Positions 1 to 10,789 are shown, counted from the first letter of the stretch. The stretch: DNA of 64,000 bases from Cyanophyceae cyanobacterium (GCA_038321985.1 JBBQFN010000005.1:128001-192000), one strand, 5' to 3'. Notes: generated from the sequence alone by a model not told the origin. Made by a program: numbers and translations.

Positions 1-13
1 TTTAACCTTCAAT

Positions 14-60
14 GCCTGCATGAATGCCCTCCCCAAAATTCATGCAGGCTTATTTATTTT
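14..60 (+). terminator. Rho-independent terminator-like hairpin
   Basis: 12-bp inverted repeat GCCTGCATGAAT (14-25) / ATTCATGCAGGC (38-49), followed by a T-rich tract. Confidence 0.5.
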
Positions 61-572
61 TAACCCCTTCAGTGGCTGTGAGTTCACGCTGCCATTACAC
101 TCCTGTAGTCGGAGACGACTTGCTGACGAATTGCTGGCGTTTCTGACCTTCTTCCCTAATATTGTGCGGGAATTCTGTTTCAAATCACCAGCCCCCTTGA
201 TTGCCCTCAAGGCAGGCGGACTATTTCCTCCGATTGCCACTTGGAAAACTGTCCACTCCAACGGGTTTTAACCGGATGTATTTCCCAGGTTATTGTATAT
301 TTTTTTTAACTCTAATTCTGGGGTTTGAAAATTCAAGGCACTCAATGCGTAAATTCCTCCCTGAGTAGGGTAAGTTTTTTAAGGGTTGCCGTGATATCCT
401 AATTGTTGACGGATTCAATGTTACTGCACTAAACCCGCTCCCTCGATAAATCCCTGTTAAATTTTTCGAGTAAATGGTCTCGAAACTTAACAGGAACTTA
501 CAGCCGCTCTTTTTCAAATTTCTAAATCCCTCGAATCAATCCCACTTCATAAGCATTTACCCCCTTTATCTT

Positions 573-2609
573 ATGATTCTTTCTCGCAAATATACTGATT
601 TACCCTGGACTTGGGATGGTAAGTCTCCAGAAACCCTCCGAAATGACTGCCAGTGGCTCGAATCCATCATTAAAAATTATGCTCCTTTTTCTGATGGATG
701 GGTAAAAGCACGCATCGTCCAACTGGCCTATAATTGCCCCAGTTCTCTGGATTTTTCCCCGCCGGAAAATCGGAAAAAATTGGCCCAACGAAATAACCTG
801 TCAAACGCTCAACTTTTGGCCTACGGAGGAAAACTTTCAGAAAAGGAAATTATTGAGGCGCTACATTGGGAATGTCTCGATTATTGTCAAAAATACCCCC
901 TTTCTGACTTTCCTTGTTTTCGGAAAACGGTAAATGAAAATTATGTAATTAGCACTCTAAATACTTGGTCTAATCGGCATTTTTCCGAAAATGTAGCGCG
1001 TAACTTTGAGATTTACCAAGACCTCCATCATCCTAATGTTTTTTTAGTTACTAGCACGGCTCCTATTTCTCTGTATGTAGACCGAGAATTGCCTCCACCT
1101 GGAAGGTTTCGGGCTTTATTTAACGTTGATGAATTTGCCCAAATTGTTGGGGATGGTGTCTGCCATCGCCTCACCCTTCGTACCCACGGCTATGCAACCG
1201 CTGCCTCCACTTTTTATGACTTATTCCAGAAGGAAGCAGATGCCTTGAATCGCCAAGAATCATCACAAGAGGGCCGATTAAAAGACAATCATTTTTATAT
1301 TGGCTATCATTGGCCGAGCGAGCAGCCCTTTACCAGTCCCGGATTGTGGAGTGATTTCTCTAAAAACTGGGGAGTCATTTTAAAATTTTCTTTTGTGCTG
1401 TCCGGATTTGCTACCCTGATTGGCACTGGCTTGTATGGGGCGGTTAAACTGTTGGGAATTCCTCTGCTGAAAGGGTTGGAAATTCTCCCCCTTATTGGTC
1501 CGATTTGGAAGGGTATCCAGTTAAGTGCGATCGCTCTCCAATGGTATTGGATGGTACCGACCCTGTTTATCCTCTGGGTCATCCTGATGCAGTGTTTGCG
1601 AGTGTTGGTTTATCAGCGCGATCGCTACCGTACCATTCATTACGGTGCACCGGATTTAGCCGAATTTTTTTGGCGTTTAGACCGTTCTCTCAATCGTCAG
1701 GCTAAAACTGAAACCTCGCCCCAGACAAAGGGATTCACCCCGGTTTTAGCCGCTGTTGAGCCAGAAAACAAGGTTTCCGCTTGTGCCGATGACGAGGCGG
1801 TTTCACGGCCTGAATCGGAGATTGCAGTGAATTTGGTCGGTCATAGTATGGGGGGACTTCTGCTGGTCAACACCCTACGAATTTTGTCCGATCGCTTTGG
1901 CAAAGATGACGTAGAAAGTGACAGTAAAGATGGCTTAGACTCTAGCAAAATTGGCGATCGCTTGCGACTGGATAAATTAATTTTGGCTTCACCAGATATC
2001 CCCTTAGAATTTCTACGGGAGGGTCGCAATAACTACGTCCGGTCAGCCATACGTCGCTGCCGTCAAATTTACCTCATGTCGAGCGATCGCGATATCATCC
2101 TGCGCTATATGCCAACCCTCGGCAACTGGTTTAGCGAACCTAGCATCGAAATGTCTGCCTATCGTCTGGGAAATGTCTACCTCAAACCCTTAGACGAGCG
2201 TTATCCAGACTCCAATTACCGCCCTTATATTCGGAACGTCTTGGTCTCTCATCAAGCAGCCAGTCCGACTTCAGCCTATGATTTATTCGAGCGGTTTAAC
2301 TATATCGACTGTTCTGAAACGATTGGAGTGAATGGCATTTTTTGGTCATTAAAACCCTACCGAGGATTGGCGATCGACCTCATCAATACCCTGATGTTCC
2401 TCCTTAGTCTCAGTTATAGTCGTCTCTTCGGCCAACTAGACTTACATGGTGGATACTTTTTAACTCATACCGCTACCTTCAAAATTTTGAAACTACTCAT
2501 CAGTCTCAATGACGAGTCAGAAGCCGAAATCCAAGCGGGTATTTATCAGTTAATTCAAGGAACAAGAATCCGATTTTTACCGCGTCAACCTTTTTTAACG
2601 AAGGATTAA
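573..2609 (+). CDS. Membrane-associated alpha/beta hydrolase (DUF900-like)
   Basis: Long ORF (first ATG 474, likelier ATG 573); nucleophile elbow VNLVGHSMGG, HGY oxyanion motif, YHWPS, LASPD; hydrophobic TM block mid-protein. Confidence 0.65.
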   Translation: MILSRKYTDLPWTWDGKSPETLRNDCQWLESIIKNYAPFSDGWVKARIVQLAYNCPSSLDFSPPENRKKLAQRNNLSNAQLLAYGGKLSEKEIIEALHWECLDYCQKYPLSDFPCFRKTVNENYVISTLNTWSNRHFSENVARNFEIYQDLHHPNVFLVTSTAPISLYVDRELPPPGRFRALFNVDEFAQIVGDGVCHRLTLRTHGYATAASTFYDLFQKEADALNRQESSQEGRLKDNHFYIGYHWPSEQPFTSPGLWSDFSKNWGVILKFSFVLSGFATLIGTGLYGAVKLLGIPLLKGLEILPLIGPIWKGIQLSAIALQWYWMVPTLFILWVILMQCLRVLVYQRDRYRTIHYGAPDLAEFFWRLDRSLNRQAKTETSPQTKGFTPVLAAVEPENKVSACADDEAVSRPESEIAVNLVGHSMGGLLLVNTLRILSDRFGKDDVESDSKDGLDSSKIGDRLRLDKLILASPDIPLEFLREGRNNYVRSAIRRCRQIYLMSSDRDIILRYMPTLGNWFSEPSIEMSAYRLGNVYLKPLDERYPDSNYRPYIRNVLVSHQAASPTSAYDLFERFNYIDCSETIGVNGIFWSLKPYRGLAIDLINTLMFLLSLSYSRLFGQLDLHGGYFLTHTATFKILKLLISLNDESEAEIQAGIYQLIQGTRIRFLPRQPFLTKD

Positions 2610-2733
2610 TTCGCAGATTTTAGTCGGTTTAGAGGGAGGTTTTTTAGTAAAACTGACTCCGTGAACTGTTCAGTTTTTGAATTCCCAAAGTCCTCCCCTT
2701 TCTTCCCCTTAAACTGGGAGGGCCAAAGGGAGC

Positions 2734-3696
2734 CTACTCCCTCTTGAGCCGATTAATTTCCTCTTGTAACTCTTCGATTTGACTGCGCAACAGGTCCGCC
2801 TCCTGTTCTGGGGACTCGGTTTTCACCTCCACGGACCCTTGAGCAGTCCCTCGGGGATAATTTCCCCGCTTAATTTCCCGATACTCTGGGGAATTGGCCC
2901 ATCCTTGTAAATAGCTAACTCGTTCGACTGTAAAGGGATGGGTCAGAAACACCCCTTGGGAAACGTTGTTATAAAGGAAAAACTTATAAACTTGATTGAG
3001 CCCATCCTCATCCAGTTCTTGATATTGCTGGGCTTGACGGGTAAACTCATCTAAGCTGCATTCATGGGCATAGCGGGTAGAACCCCCGGCCATTTTCATC
3101 ATGGTTTGCATCACCGGCTTGACATCATCCATTACCAACATCGCTGCGCGATCGGCAGAGAGTTCGGCTTTTCGTAGCCATTCGTAAAAGGCGAGAATTA
3201 AGCCGGTACTGAGAATTCGGCTAAACCCCATGGTCAAATCCGCCAGATTGAAGACGGCCATAATCGCCCAACTTGCCATCTGAATCAAGGTCGTATGACC
3301 ACATTTGATATGTCCGAGTTCATGGGCGACAATAGAGCGAATTTCATCCTCATTCATCAAGTCAATCAACCCCGTGTTTAAAACAATGTAGGGAAGATCT
3401 TGTCCAAGGGCGTAGGCATTGACTACCGGCGCTTGGGATACAAACAGAGTCGGTTCTGGAGAAATGTCTAAATCTCGAATACATTCTCGGAATATCCCAT
3501 AGAGGGTGGAATACTGTCGAGGCCCCACTTGAATGCTATTGCCCATCATATAGACATACTGGGGACGCTCTACGAGAAATTCTACAAACTTGCGGGCGAC
3601 CAAATCAAATCCAGGGACGCGGCGTAAGGTTTGCTCTGCTTCCCGATCTAAGGGATGGCGAAAGGCTTCGCTAGAAATTCCAGTATAGGTAGGCAT
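2734..3696 (-). CDS. M48 family zinc metallopeptidase
   Basis: VNAYA, HELGH zinc motif, ELSADR, THP; C-terminal coiled coil. Confidence 0.9.
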   Translation of the reverse strand: MPTYTGISSEAFRHPLDREAEQTLRRVPGFDLVARKFVEFLVERPQYVYMMGNSIQVGPRQYSTLYGIFRECIRDLDISPEPTLFVSQAPVVNAYALGQDLPYIVLNTGLIDLMNEDEIRSIVAHELGHIKCGHTTLIQMASWAIMAVFNLADLTMGFSRILSTGLILAFYEWLRKAELSADRAAMLVMDDVKPVMQTMMKMAGGSTRYAHECSLDEFTRQAQQYQELDEDGLNQVYKFFLYNNVSQGVFLTHPFTVERVSYLQGWANSPEYREIKRGNYPRGTAQGSVEVKTESPEQEADLLRSQIEELQEEINRLKRE

Positions 3697-4057
3697 AGTT
3701 AGTGTTTTAATTACCCCAGGGTATGATGTAGCCGCGGCACTGGGGGCGATCGCCAGTCAACCGTCCCCATCCGTCCTCCATCAATTTTATGGCAATCTGT
3801 TAAAGCCATGGGAAACTGGACTTCAAAAGCGGTTAAAGTCAATCTCGTCAGACTCCACTATTTTTGTCCGAGTTGGGAGAAAATCCTTCTTTCGCGACAG
3901 ATTCCCCTGGCCCTAATTTGGATCCAAAATCAGCGGCTTTCTGCTTTCGTGAGTCAAGGAAGGCTGACCCGGTAAAAAAACTGATAGGCTATATCTCTAA
4001 TTGTAAACTAATACCGCTTTTCTACAGTTGACGAACAATCACTTGCTAAACCCAAGC

Positions 4058-4915
4058 ATGGTACATCCGATGGATGATATCGCCAACCAAGCTCGTCAGG
4101 GCAGCGTATCGGCGATTATTCAAGTCCTGAATGAAAAACTGGCGTCTTCCGGCGTCAGAACCCGCGCCGTGTTTGCGGATGGCGTGTTGCAACTACTATG
4201 CGAGGCTCTGAGTCCCGATCTGCTGGACCAATCTAGCTTGGTCGATCGCATCCGCCAGATTTTAGAGTCTTTGGCACCGCGAAATATTCGTCGAGTCCAC
4301 ATCAACAGCCGCTTAGTGCGAGAACAGCAGTTGCTGTGGCTAGAAGAAATTAACCGCAATCCGGAAAATCAGCTACTCTGGTCCGAACTCATTACCCTTA
4401 AAAGACCTAATATCTTCAAACAAATCGGCCAAGATCTCAATCGCCAAAAACCCCGTACTGACCCCGCTTTCCCCAAATCCCCCTACTCCCGTCAAGTTCG
4501 AGAAGAACGCCAATTCCGCCGGGGGATTCTTAATGGGGTTGGGGTTAGCCTCTTACTGGTCACTCTGGGGTTACTGATTTATAACTGGCCCCAAGTTCAA
4601 TCCGGGTTTAATTCAGCGCGGGTTTCTCTGGGTGCCTCTAATTCTGACGAATCGTCCTCAACAGGCTCCGATCGCGATCCTTTTGCCGAAGCGGTGCGAT
4701 TAGCGGAACAGGCGTCTGCCGAGGGGAAAGTTGCTCAAACTTCGTCGGAATGGTTGGTAATCGCCGCTAAGTGGGAACAGGCGTCAGTATTGATGGGTTC
4801 AATCCCCTCGGATCACCCCCGGTACAAACTCGCCCAAAACCGCACGGAACTCTATCGAACTTACAGCGAGGAGGCCCAAACCCAAGGCGATCGCCTGCGT
4901 CGAGAAAAGCTCTAA
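4058..4915 (+). CDS. Conserved cyanobacterial single-TM protein (N-terminal 'ARQG..AI' domain + TM + helical C-terminal domain)
   Basis: ORF 4028-4915, likely ATG 4058; TM GILNGVGVSLLLVTLGLLIY; domains shared with 6748-7839, 8035-9057 and 12580-13614. Confidence 0.8.
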   Translation: MVHPMDDIANQARQGSVSAIIQVLNEKLASSGVRTRAVFADGVLQLLCEALSPDLLDQSSLVDRIRQILESLAPRNIRRVHINSRLVREQQLLWLEEINRNPENQLLWSELITLKRPNIFKQIGQDLNRQKPRTDPAFPKSPYSRQVREERQFRRGILNGVGVSLLLVTLGLLIYNWPQVQSGFNSARVSLGASNSDESSSTGSDRDPFAEAVRLAEQASAEGKVAQTSSEWLVIAAKWEQASVLMGSIPSDHPRYKLAQNRTELYRTYSEEAQTQGDRLRREKL

Positions 4916-5135
4916 TTCACTGTTGGACTGGGGAATTCGAGTCGGGTTGTCTGAAACCCTGTTGCCACGCTGACTTAAACAGCAAGACGGTTTTACCTCG
5001 AAAATTCCCCGGGTCTGTTTCTAGATCCGCCCTAGGCTGGGATTATTTCCCTCTCGATTAACCCCTGTAGTTCCTGATTCATTAAAAGCAGGAGTCGATT
5101 GAAAAGTGGGCCAAAAATCTGTTAGTTCGGGAGTT

Positions 5136-6617
5136 TTAAATTCCAAACAGGGTATTTAACCGCTTGCGAATCCAAATCAAAGGCTTTTCTTCCCCTGCGA
5201 TTTCTTCATCCACCAGTAACCCCAAACTTTTGAGGGATTGTTGTCTTTCAGACAATTTTTCCGCAATACTATCTGCTAAGTTAACATGGGTGACTAGCAG
5301 TCTTTGTAAATCATTGCGGTCAATTACAAATAAAATTGTATCTTCTAAAGTTCTAACGCTAGCGGAACGGGGAATCCCCATGAGTAAAGAAATTTCTCCA
5401 AAAAATTCACCCGCGTGCAGGCTAGCAATATATTTTTGTAGTCGTTGAGAAAAGACTTCAACGGAACCGGAAAGAATAATATAAAAGGAATCCCCAGGGT
5501 CGTTTTCTGCACAAATTAAGCGATCGCTGGGAAATAGTTGCCGATATCCATACTCAATTAAGTGCAACAGTTCCATATCGCTACAGTCCTCGAAATAAGG
5601 CATCCTTCGTAACAAATCTCGCAGAGTCCAGTTATTGGGAGATTTAGGAATGACTTTTTCTAGCTTAGAAGGAGGCTGTTCCGATTCCGGAAGCGTCCCG
5701 GGACTGGGTACAGTTGGGATGTGATTTTTAAGTAAGGTATTGAAGGAGTCGAGGTTACGAATATGTAAATCTCGCTGGGGGAAGGGGATTTCAATGCCTC
5801 GCTGACGCAATTCACATTCAATCCGAAAGTTTAAGGCACTTTTAATCGGTTCGCTATTCTGGGGTTCATCAATCCATACTAATAGTTCAAAGTCTAATGC
5901 ACTTTCTCCAAATCCTTGAAACCATACTTTGGGTGGAGGATCGAATAGCACTTGAGGTTCTTTACGCGCTGAAGTTAGGAGTGCCTCAGTGACTAAAGCT
6001 GGATCGGTTCCATAGGCGATACCAACGGGGATATGCAGGCGACACTGGGGGTTTTCATAGCTCCAGTTAATAATATTATTTTCAACAAATCTAATATTAG
6101 GAATGATTACAAATACGCCATCGCGACTCCGCACGATGGTGGAACGAATGGAGATTTTTTCCACGGTTCCATATAAATCATCGACTTGGATATAGTCGCC
6201 CACTTTAATCGGTTGTTCAAAGAGTAACGTAATGCCACTGATGAAGTTACTGGCTAAATTTTGCAATCCGAAACCGATGCCAATTCCGAGAACCCCCGCT
6301 ACCACTGTGAGAGAACTGAGGTCAATTCCGATACTTTCAAGGACGATTAAAAAGGAGAGAGCGCTCAAGAGATACCCCATCACGGAGGCGATCGCTTCTC
6401 GGGTGCCTATATGAAATTTTAATCGCCCTAACAACCGGCGCTTAATCCATTCATTCAAACTACGGGAAATAAAATAGGCGATCGCACTTAATAACAGCAG
6501 TTGAGCAAGGCGATTCAGGGAAAACTCATTCCCTCCGACTCTAAACAAATCTTTTGTAAAAATATCACTGAAGACGGTTAAGAGGTGTTGTGTCTGCCTG
6601 ATGATCCAATTTACCAT
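5136..6617 (-). CDS. MscS-family mechanosensitive channel with C-terminal cyclic-nucleotide-binding domain
   Basis: GIGIGFGLQNLASNFISG, IKVGD, IPN, IEIPFPQRDLHI (MscS); GDSFYIILSGSVEV, GEFFGEISLL..PRSASV (cNMP). Confidence 0.92.
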   Translation of the reverse strand: MVNWIIRQTQHLLTVFSDIFTKDLFRVGGNEFSLNRLAQLLLLSAIAYFISRSLNEWIKRRLLGRLKFHIGTREAIASVMGYLLSALSFLIVLESIGIDLSSLTVVAGVLGIGIGFGLQNLASNFISGITLLFEQPIKVGDYIQVDDLYGTVEKISIRSTIVRSRDGVFVIIPNIRFVENNIINWSYENPQCRLHIPVGIAYGTDPALVTEALLTSARKEPQVLFDPPPKVWFQGFGESALDFELLVWIDEPQNSEPIKSALNFRIECELRQRGIEIPFPQRDLHIRNLDSFNTLLKNHIPTVPSPGTLPESEQPPSKLEKVIPKSPNNWTLRDLLRRMPYFEDCSDMELLHLIEYGYRQLFPSDRLICAENDPGDSFYIILSGSVEVFSQRLQKYIASLHAGEFFGEISLLMGIPRSASVRTLEDTILFVIDRNDLQRLLVTHVNLADSIAEKLSERQQSLKSLGLLVDEEIAGEEKPLIWIRKRLNTLFGI

Positions 6618-6747
6618 TGAGCTAAACCGCCTAGCAGGAATTTCATGATTGATTTAGGCTCACTCCTTGGAGAGCATCTCTCCTTTGGTTTAATCCTTGA
6701 GTGGGACGGGGTGGAAATATTGTCAATTCTGGCCGGAAAATCGGCAA

Positions 6748-7839
6748 TTAAAACGGGTTTCCCATCATGCTTTTAATTAAAAATACGACCCCGGCTCCCA
6801 ATCCCATAATATTAACCCCGAGGGATAAAAGTAAGGCAAAGTATCCAAACACAGTTAAGGCAATTTCCAGGCGATCATTGGGAATAAATCTAGTTTTTTC
6901 AATGGAAATAAGCTCGGATAATTTCCCTTCTATAAAGTTTCTTCCGAGCCTTTTATTATAAAAATAACAATGTTTGGGAATTCCTTTAGGTTGATAAATA
7001 CTTAGCCCTCGTCTTCCCGCGCTAAGGTGACTAATTTTATTCAAATTCACCCCAAAAGTTTTGATAGCTTTTCGGGAAAAATCGGGGCAGGAAAAACAAA
7101 CTAACCCTCGTTCAGTCAGGACCAGACAAGCTAATTCTCCTTGATATCGCACCCCCACTGCATCAATAATTTCAGTAGTGGGGGGCAGGAATTCAACGAG
7201 AGCCTGGGCAATTTTAGGAAGGGCGTAGTAATAATCGACGCTAAATTTTCCTTTCTGGGGAAACCGGCCAATTTCTCGCAGCAACTCTTCATAGTCGAGG
7301 GCAGTGGGAGGCGACTGCTTTGGAGTCGATTCTTTGGCAGTTTGGGGGACTTCGGGAGCGCTGGCGGCTGATTGTGGGATTTTTTTCAGGAGATCACCCT
7401 GTGCAGATTGTGGCGTTCTTCCCGGGCTTTTTCCCCCGTTAACGGGGTGAGATGGGGCAAGAGTCTGGGATTTACGGGACTCTGCGTTAACTGAAACCGG
7501 AGCAGCCATGGGAGCGATCGCCGATAATTCACTCTGGGGAGAGAGCTTAAATTCTTGGGACCAGGCGGGGGAAGTCTGTCCCTGCTGAAAACCCGAAACT
7601 TTCAGGGAAGTAATCGCCTGGGGACCCAATTTCATCACCCCTTGATAAATAAATCCAGCTAAGACTTTTTGATTGGGAACCTTGGGGGCTTCAAGGGAAA
7701 CCTGTAAGCATCGACCCTTTAGAGATACTTTTGTGGTAATCCCTTTCGGTTGGAGGGACCGATCAATTAGAGCGGCGATCGCGGTTGGACGTCCCTGTTT
7801 AGCAAGTTCCAAAAGCTCAGTCTGTGTCATGGCTGGCAC
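6748..7839 (-). CDS. Hypothetical membrane protein: 'AKQG..AIA' N-terminal domain, Pro/Ser linker, possible bacterial PH-like domain, C-terminal TM
   Basis: 363-aa ORF; N-terminus paralogous to 4058 and 9057 ORFs; GELACLVLTERGLVCF resembles bPH domains. Confidence 0.7.
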   Translation of the reverse strand: MPAMTQTELLELAKQGRPTAIAALIDRSLQPKGITTKVSLKGRCLQVSLEAPKVPNQKVLAGFIYQGVMKLGPQAITSLKVSGFQQGQTSPAWSQEFKLSPQSELSAIAPMAAPVSVNAESRKSQTLAPSHPVNGGKSPGRTPQSAQGDLLKKIPQSAASAPEVPQTAKESTPKQSPPTALDYEELLREIGRFPQKGKFSVDYYYALPKIAQALVEFLPPTTEIIDAVGVRYQGELACLVLTERGLVCFSCPDFSRKAIKTFGVNLNKISHLSAGRRGLSIYQPKGIPKHCYFYNKRLGRNFIEGKLSELISIEKTRFIPNDRLEIALTVFGYFALLLSLGVNIMGLGAGVVFLIKSMMGNPF

Positions 7840-8034
7840 TCGGGGATGATAGGAAAAAGCGCGAATACCGACAAGGATAGAGGATTGGGTCAGTTTTGCC
7901 TACCCAAGCATTCGCACCTGTCCCGATCTTCCCAGGGGCAATCCCTGTGAGAAAATGTCTTGCCTTCTTGGGTTCTATGGGGTGTTTGCCTAGAGCAGCG
8001 CACCCCTAGCCATTAGCTAAAACCCTGTTTTCCT

Positions 8035-9057
8035 TTACTGAAAAGCATTTTCAGCCCGTTGTCGGGCAATATCAGCATTTTGCTGATAGGACGCCACTCG
8101 GGGTTGAGCATCGGGGTAATTGGGACTGTTCCCTGGGACTTGTCCCATCAAATCGCTCGCTTGCTGCCACAGAGTCGCGATTTGACTCCATTCCTGCTGG
8201 GTTTGTGCCGTTTGGGAGCGATTTGCTGCCTCAGTTGCTCGTCTCACGGCTTCCGCAAAGGGATTTGTTACTGGAGCAGGGGCCGGGGCCGGTGCGGCGG
8301 TGGGTGGGGCAGTCGGTGCGGGGGATTCGGCGACGGGTGCAGGTTCCGGGGCTGGAGGCGCTGGGTCCTGGACTTCAGAAGCCGGGGGCGCGGGGTCCTG
8401 GACTGCGGTCTGTGAAGACCTCGTTAGGAACCAGTAGGCAGCACCCCCTCCAGCAAACAGGATTAAAAGAATCAGGGGGATAAGGAGGATTTTATTCTGA
8501 TACCATTTTTGGCCTTGGGGTTTGCCTACCGGGATTTCTTCCTCTTCATCTTCGTCGAGGTATTCCTCTCCATCCTCTTGATCAGACTCGTATAAATCTT
8601 CTTCTGGCATCAGATTCTCTTCTTCTGGCATCAAATATTCGTCTTCGGGTAGCAAATCGGGGTCTTCGCTGAACATATCGTCATCGTCGGCGAACATCCC
8701 CGGATCTTCGCCAAGCATGGGATCATTATCTGACTCTAATGAGTCTTCGGGGGGTTCGATGTCTATTTCTTCTTGCCATGCCGGGAGGCGATCGCCTATT
8801 TTGCGTCCGTAAATCTTCAAGGTTGGAACCGACTCAATTCCCAACTCGGTTAGACCATTCTTAATGAAAGGAACTAGGGCGGTGGGATCGGGGACGGTTG
8901 CCGCTTCAAGCAACAGCAGCAAAGAACCATCTTTGAGAACTGCTTTTGCAGTTATCCCTTGGGATTGAATGGCGTGATTGACTACAGTAGCGATCGCCTC
9001 GGGTTGGCCCTTTCTGGCGAGTTCTTTTTGGTGTGTCGGGGCATTAAATAAGGGCAT
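8035..9057 (-). CDS. Hypothetical single-TM protein: 'ARKG..AIA' domain, acidic linker, TM, Pro-rich linker, helical C-terminal domain
   Basis: 340-aa ORF; D/E-rich tract; TM ILLIPLILLILFAGGGAAYWFL; C-terminal domain NPFAEAVRRA...WQQASDLM. Confidence 0.8.
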   Translation of the reverse strand: MPLFNAPTHQKELARKGQPEAIATVVNHAIQSQGITAKAVLKDGSLLLLLEAATVPDPTALVPFIKNGLTELGIESVPTLKIYGRKIGDRLPAWQEEIDIEPPEDSLESDNDPMLGEDPGMFADDDDMFSEDPDLLPEDEYLMPEEENLMPEEDLYESDQEDGEEYLDEDEEEEIPVGKPQGQKWYQNKILLIPLILLILFAGGGAAYWFLTRSSQTAVQDPAPPASEVQDPAPPAPEPAPVAESPAPTAPPTAAPAPAPAPVTNPFAEAVRRATEAANRSQTAQTQQEWSQIATLWQQASDLMGQVPGNSPNYPDAQPRVASYQQNADIARQRAENAFQ

Positions 9058-9323
9058 GGGAGGAGGTAGGTAGATTCTGAGATCATCTTACTGTCGAGAA
9101 TACCCACGGAAAACTTTAGCTTAGCTGGTAGATCGGATTTTACCTCAAACTTTGGCTTTCTCTAGTCAGATTTACACAGCGATCCGCTGGGCCGGGGCAA
9201 CTACCTTGGAGGCAGATCAGGGACTACCGCCCACCGGAAAAGCCTTTCTCCTCTCCTACATCACCGATGTTGTACAGAATTCCTGTCTAAGTAGGCGGGT
9301 AGTTTGGGCTAGGATAATCGGGT

Positions 9324-9512
9324 CTAATCTACAACCCTTAACCGTCCCTGGCGTAGGGCTTCAAATACTCGGTCGATCAAAACTTGCTCTTTTGGCGTTA
9401 GGGAATCCTTAGATAACAGGGTTGCCATAAAGATCCTTTGATCAGCCCGAGTAATTCGGTGTGTGATGAAGATCTGTTCAACAATTTTTTCAATGTTAGA
9501 TTCCGGTTGCAC
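9324..9512 (-). CDS. Small conserved cyanobacterial hypothetical protein
   Basis: IEKIVEQIF..RITRADQ...IDRVFEALRQGRLRVVD resembles a recurrent small cyanobacterial family; probable GTG start at 9512 (ORF open from 9587). Confidence 0.65.
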   Translation of the reverse strand: MQPESNIEKIVEQIFITHRITRADQRIFMATLLSKDSLTPKEQVLIDRVFEALRQGRLRVVD

Positions 9513-9822
9513 TCTATTTCTGTCATCGCTCGGGATGGGATGGCTAAAGTTGTTTAAAAATCTACCATTGCTAGCGAATTGGGGCAATTTAAAAAAAATT
9601 GTGCCCGGGCGGCTCTTTCCTCCACAACGGTAGGCTGTCAGCTAGCGCTATTCTAGGGAGACTTGAACCGTGACGGACGAAGTTTAAGTCAAGTCTCCTT
9701 TATCCTTAAATTCCCGGGCGATCGCCCTCGTGGGTCAGTGCGTAATTTAGCAACAAACTGCTATACATTACTGACCCTCTTCCCGTCTGTATTCAATCTA
9801 ACAATTAGGGAAAATTTTCTCA

Positions 9823-10479
9823 CTAATTCCGGTTAGCTCCCACTTCTTGAACCCGGCGCTCAAGTTGGCGTCCCACTTCTGCGATCGGATACAAAGGTCT
9901 CTGACCCTCGCGATATAATACAAAAACAAACGCCCCCATTTGGTTTTTCCGAAACACCAAAATTTCCAACTGAGCCAACAAACTATCCAAATCTACTTGT
10001 AAGCTCACTCCCCCGGCGGCATCGCCAATATTGTTGATATTATTTAAACGTTGCGGAGGCACGGGGGTATCCTGGAGGTTCTCTGCTAACAACGACTTCA
10101 ACTTTTCAGGATCCCGCAGTAATTCATCAAATTTCTGTTGTTGTTGAACCGTGTCCAGTCTAGTCGTTATACCCATAATCAGTTGAAACTGTTCTTGTGC
10201 AACAAAGGCAAAAACATTCTCAACATCAATCTCATCTTGACGGAGTTCCTCTTTCAGTTTTGCTAACTCCTCCGCTGGCATCGCGGTAAAGCCCCGGGGT
10301 AGATCCTGCAATCTCAGGGTCACATCAGCCCAGGTGCGTGCTTGTGCCAGGATCAGGCTATGTTCTGTCACCCTCTCCTGGCTCACGGCTTGAGCCAGAG
10401 CAGGAGTCGTCGATAGTACGATTGTAGGCACCACACCGAGGGACAAAGCTAAGAGTCCCAAAGCTATTTTTTCGATCAT
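9823..10479 (-). CDS. Secreted/periplasmic hypothetical protein
   Basis: N-terminal signal peptide ending ...TPALA/Q; 218-aa ORF. Confidence 0.75.
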   Translation of the reverse strand: MIEKIALGLLALSLGVVPTIVLSTTPALAQAVSQERVTEHSLILAQARTWADVTLRLQDLPRGFTAMPAEELAKLKEELRQDEIDVENVFAFVAQEQFQLIMGITTRLDTVQQQQKFDELLRDPEKLKSLLAENLQDTPVPPQRLNNINNIGDAAGGVSLQVDLDSLLAQLEILVFRKNQMGAFVFVLYREGQRPLYPIAEVGRQLERRVQEVGANRN

Positions 10480-10789
10480 TTGTCCAACTTCCTTGTCCCT
10501 TCCGGGGAAAATTAATGGGATTGAATTCTACCGGCGAACCGGAGTAATTCTGGCGTTACTTGATGCTCAGACGATAGGGGAAGACAGAATGGTGCCTCAG
10601 ATGAGGAACGATCTTCCCCTAGGGGGAGCAAACTGGGCTTGTCTTAACCCAACTTAAATAACAAATTTCTCTTATCTGCCTGAATCAAACGGTTGATAGC
10701 TTCCTCTTTCATTCTAAAATCTTAAACATACAGAAAACTTGCCCGAAGCTGCCGTCAGTTCTATCTCTATACTCTAGAAACAATACACT

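Noticed and set aside
20..517. Short ORFs 20-271, 40-261 and 290-517
   Set aside because: No recognisable motifs and the first two overlap each other; probably promoter/UTR sequence
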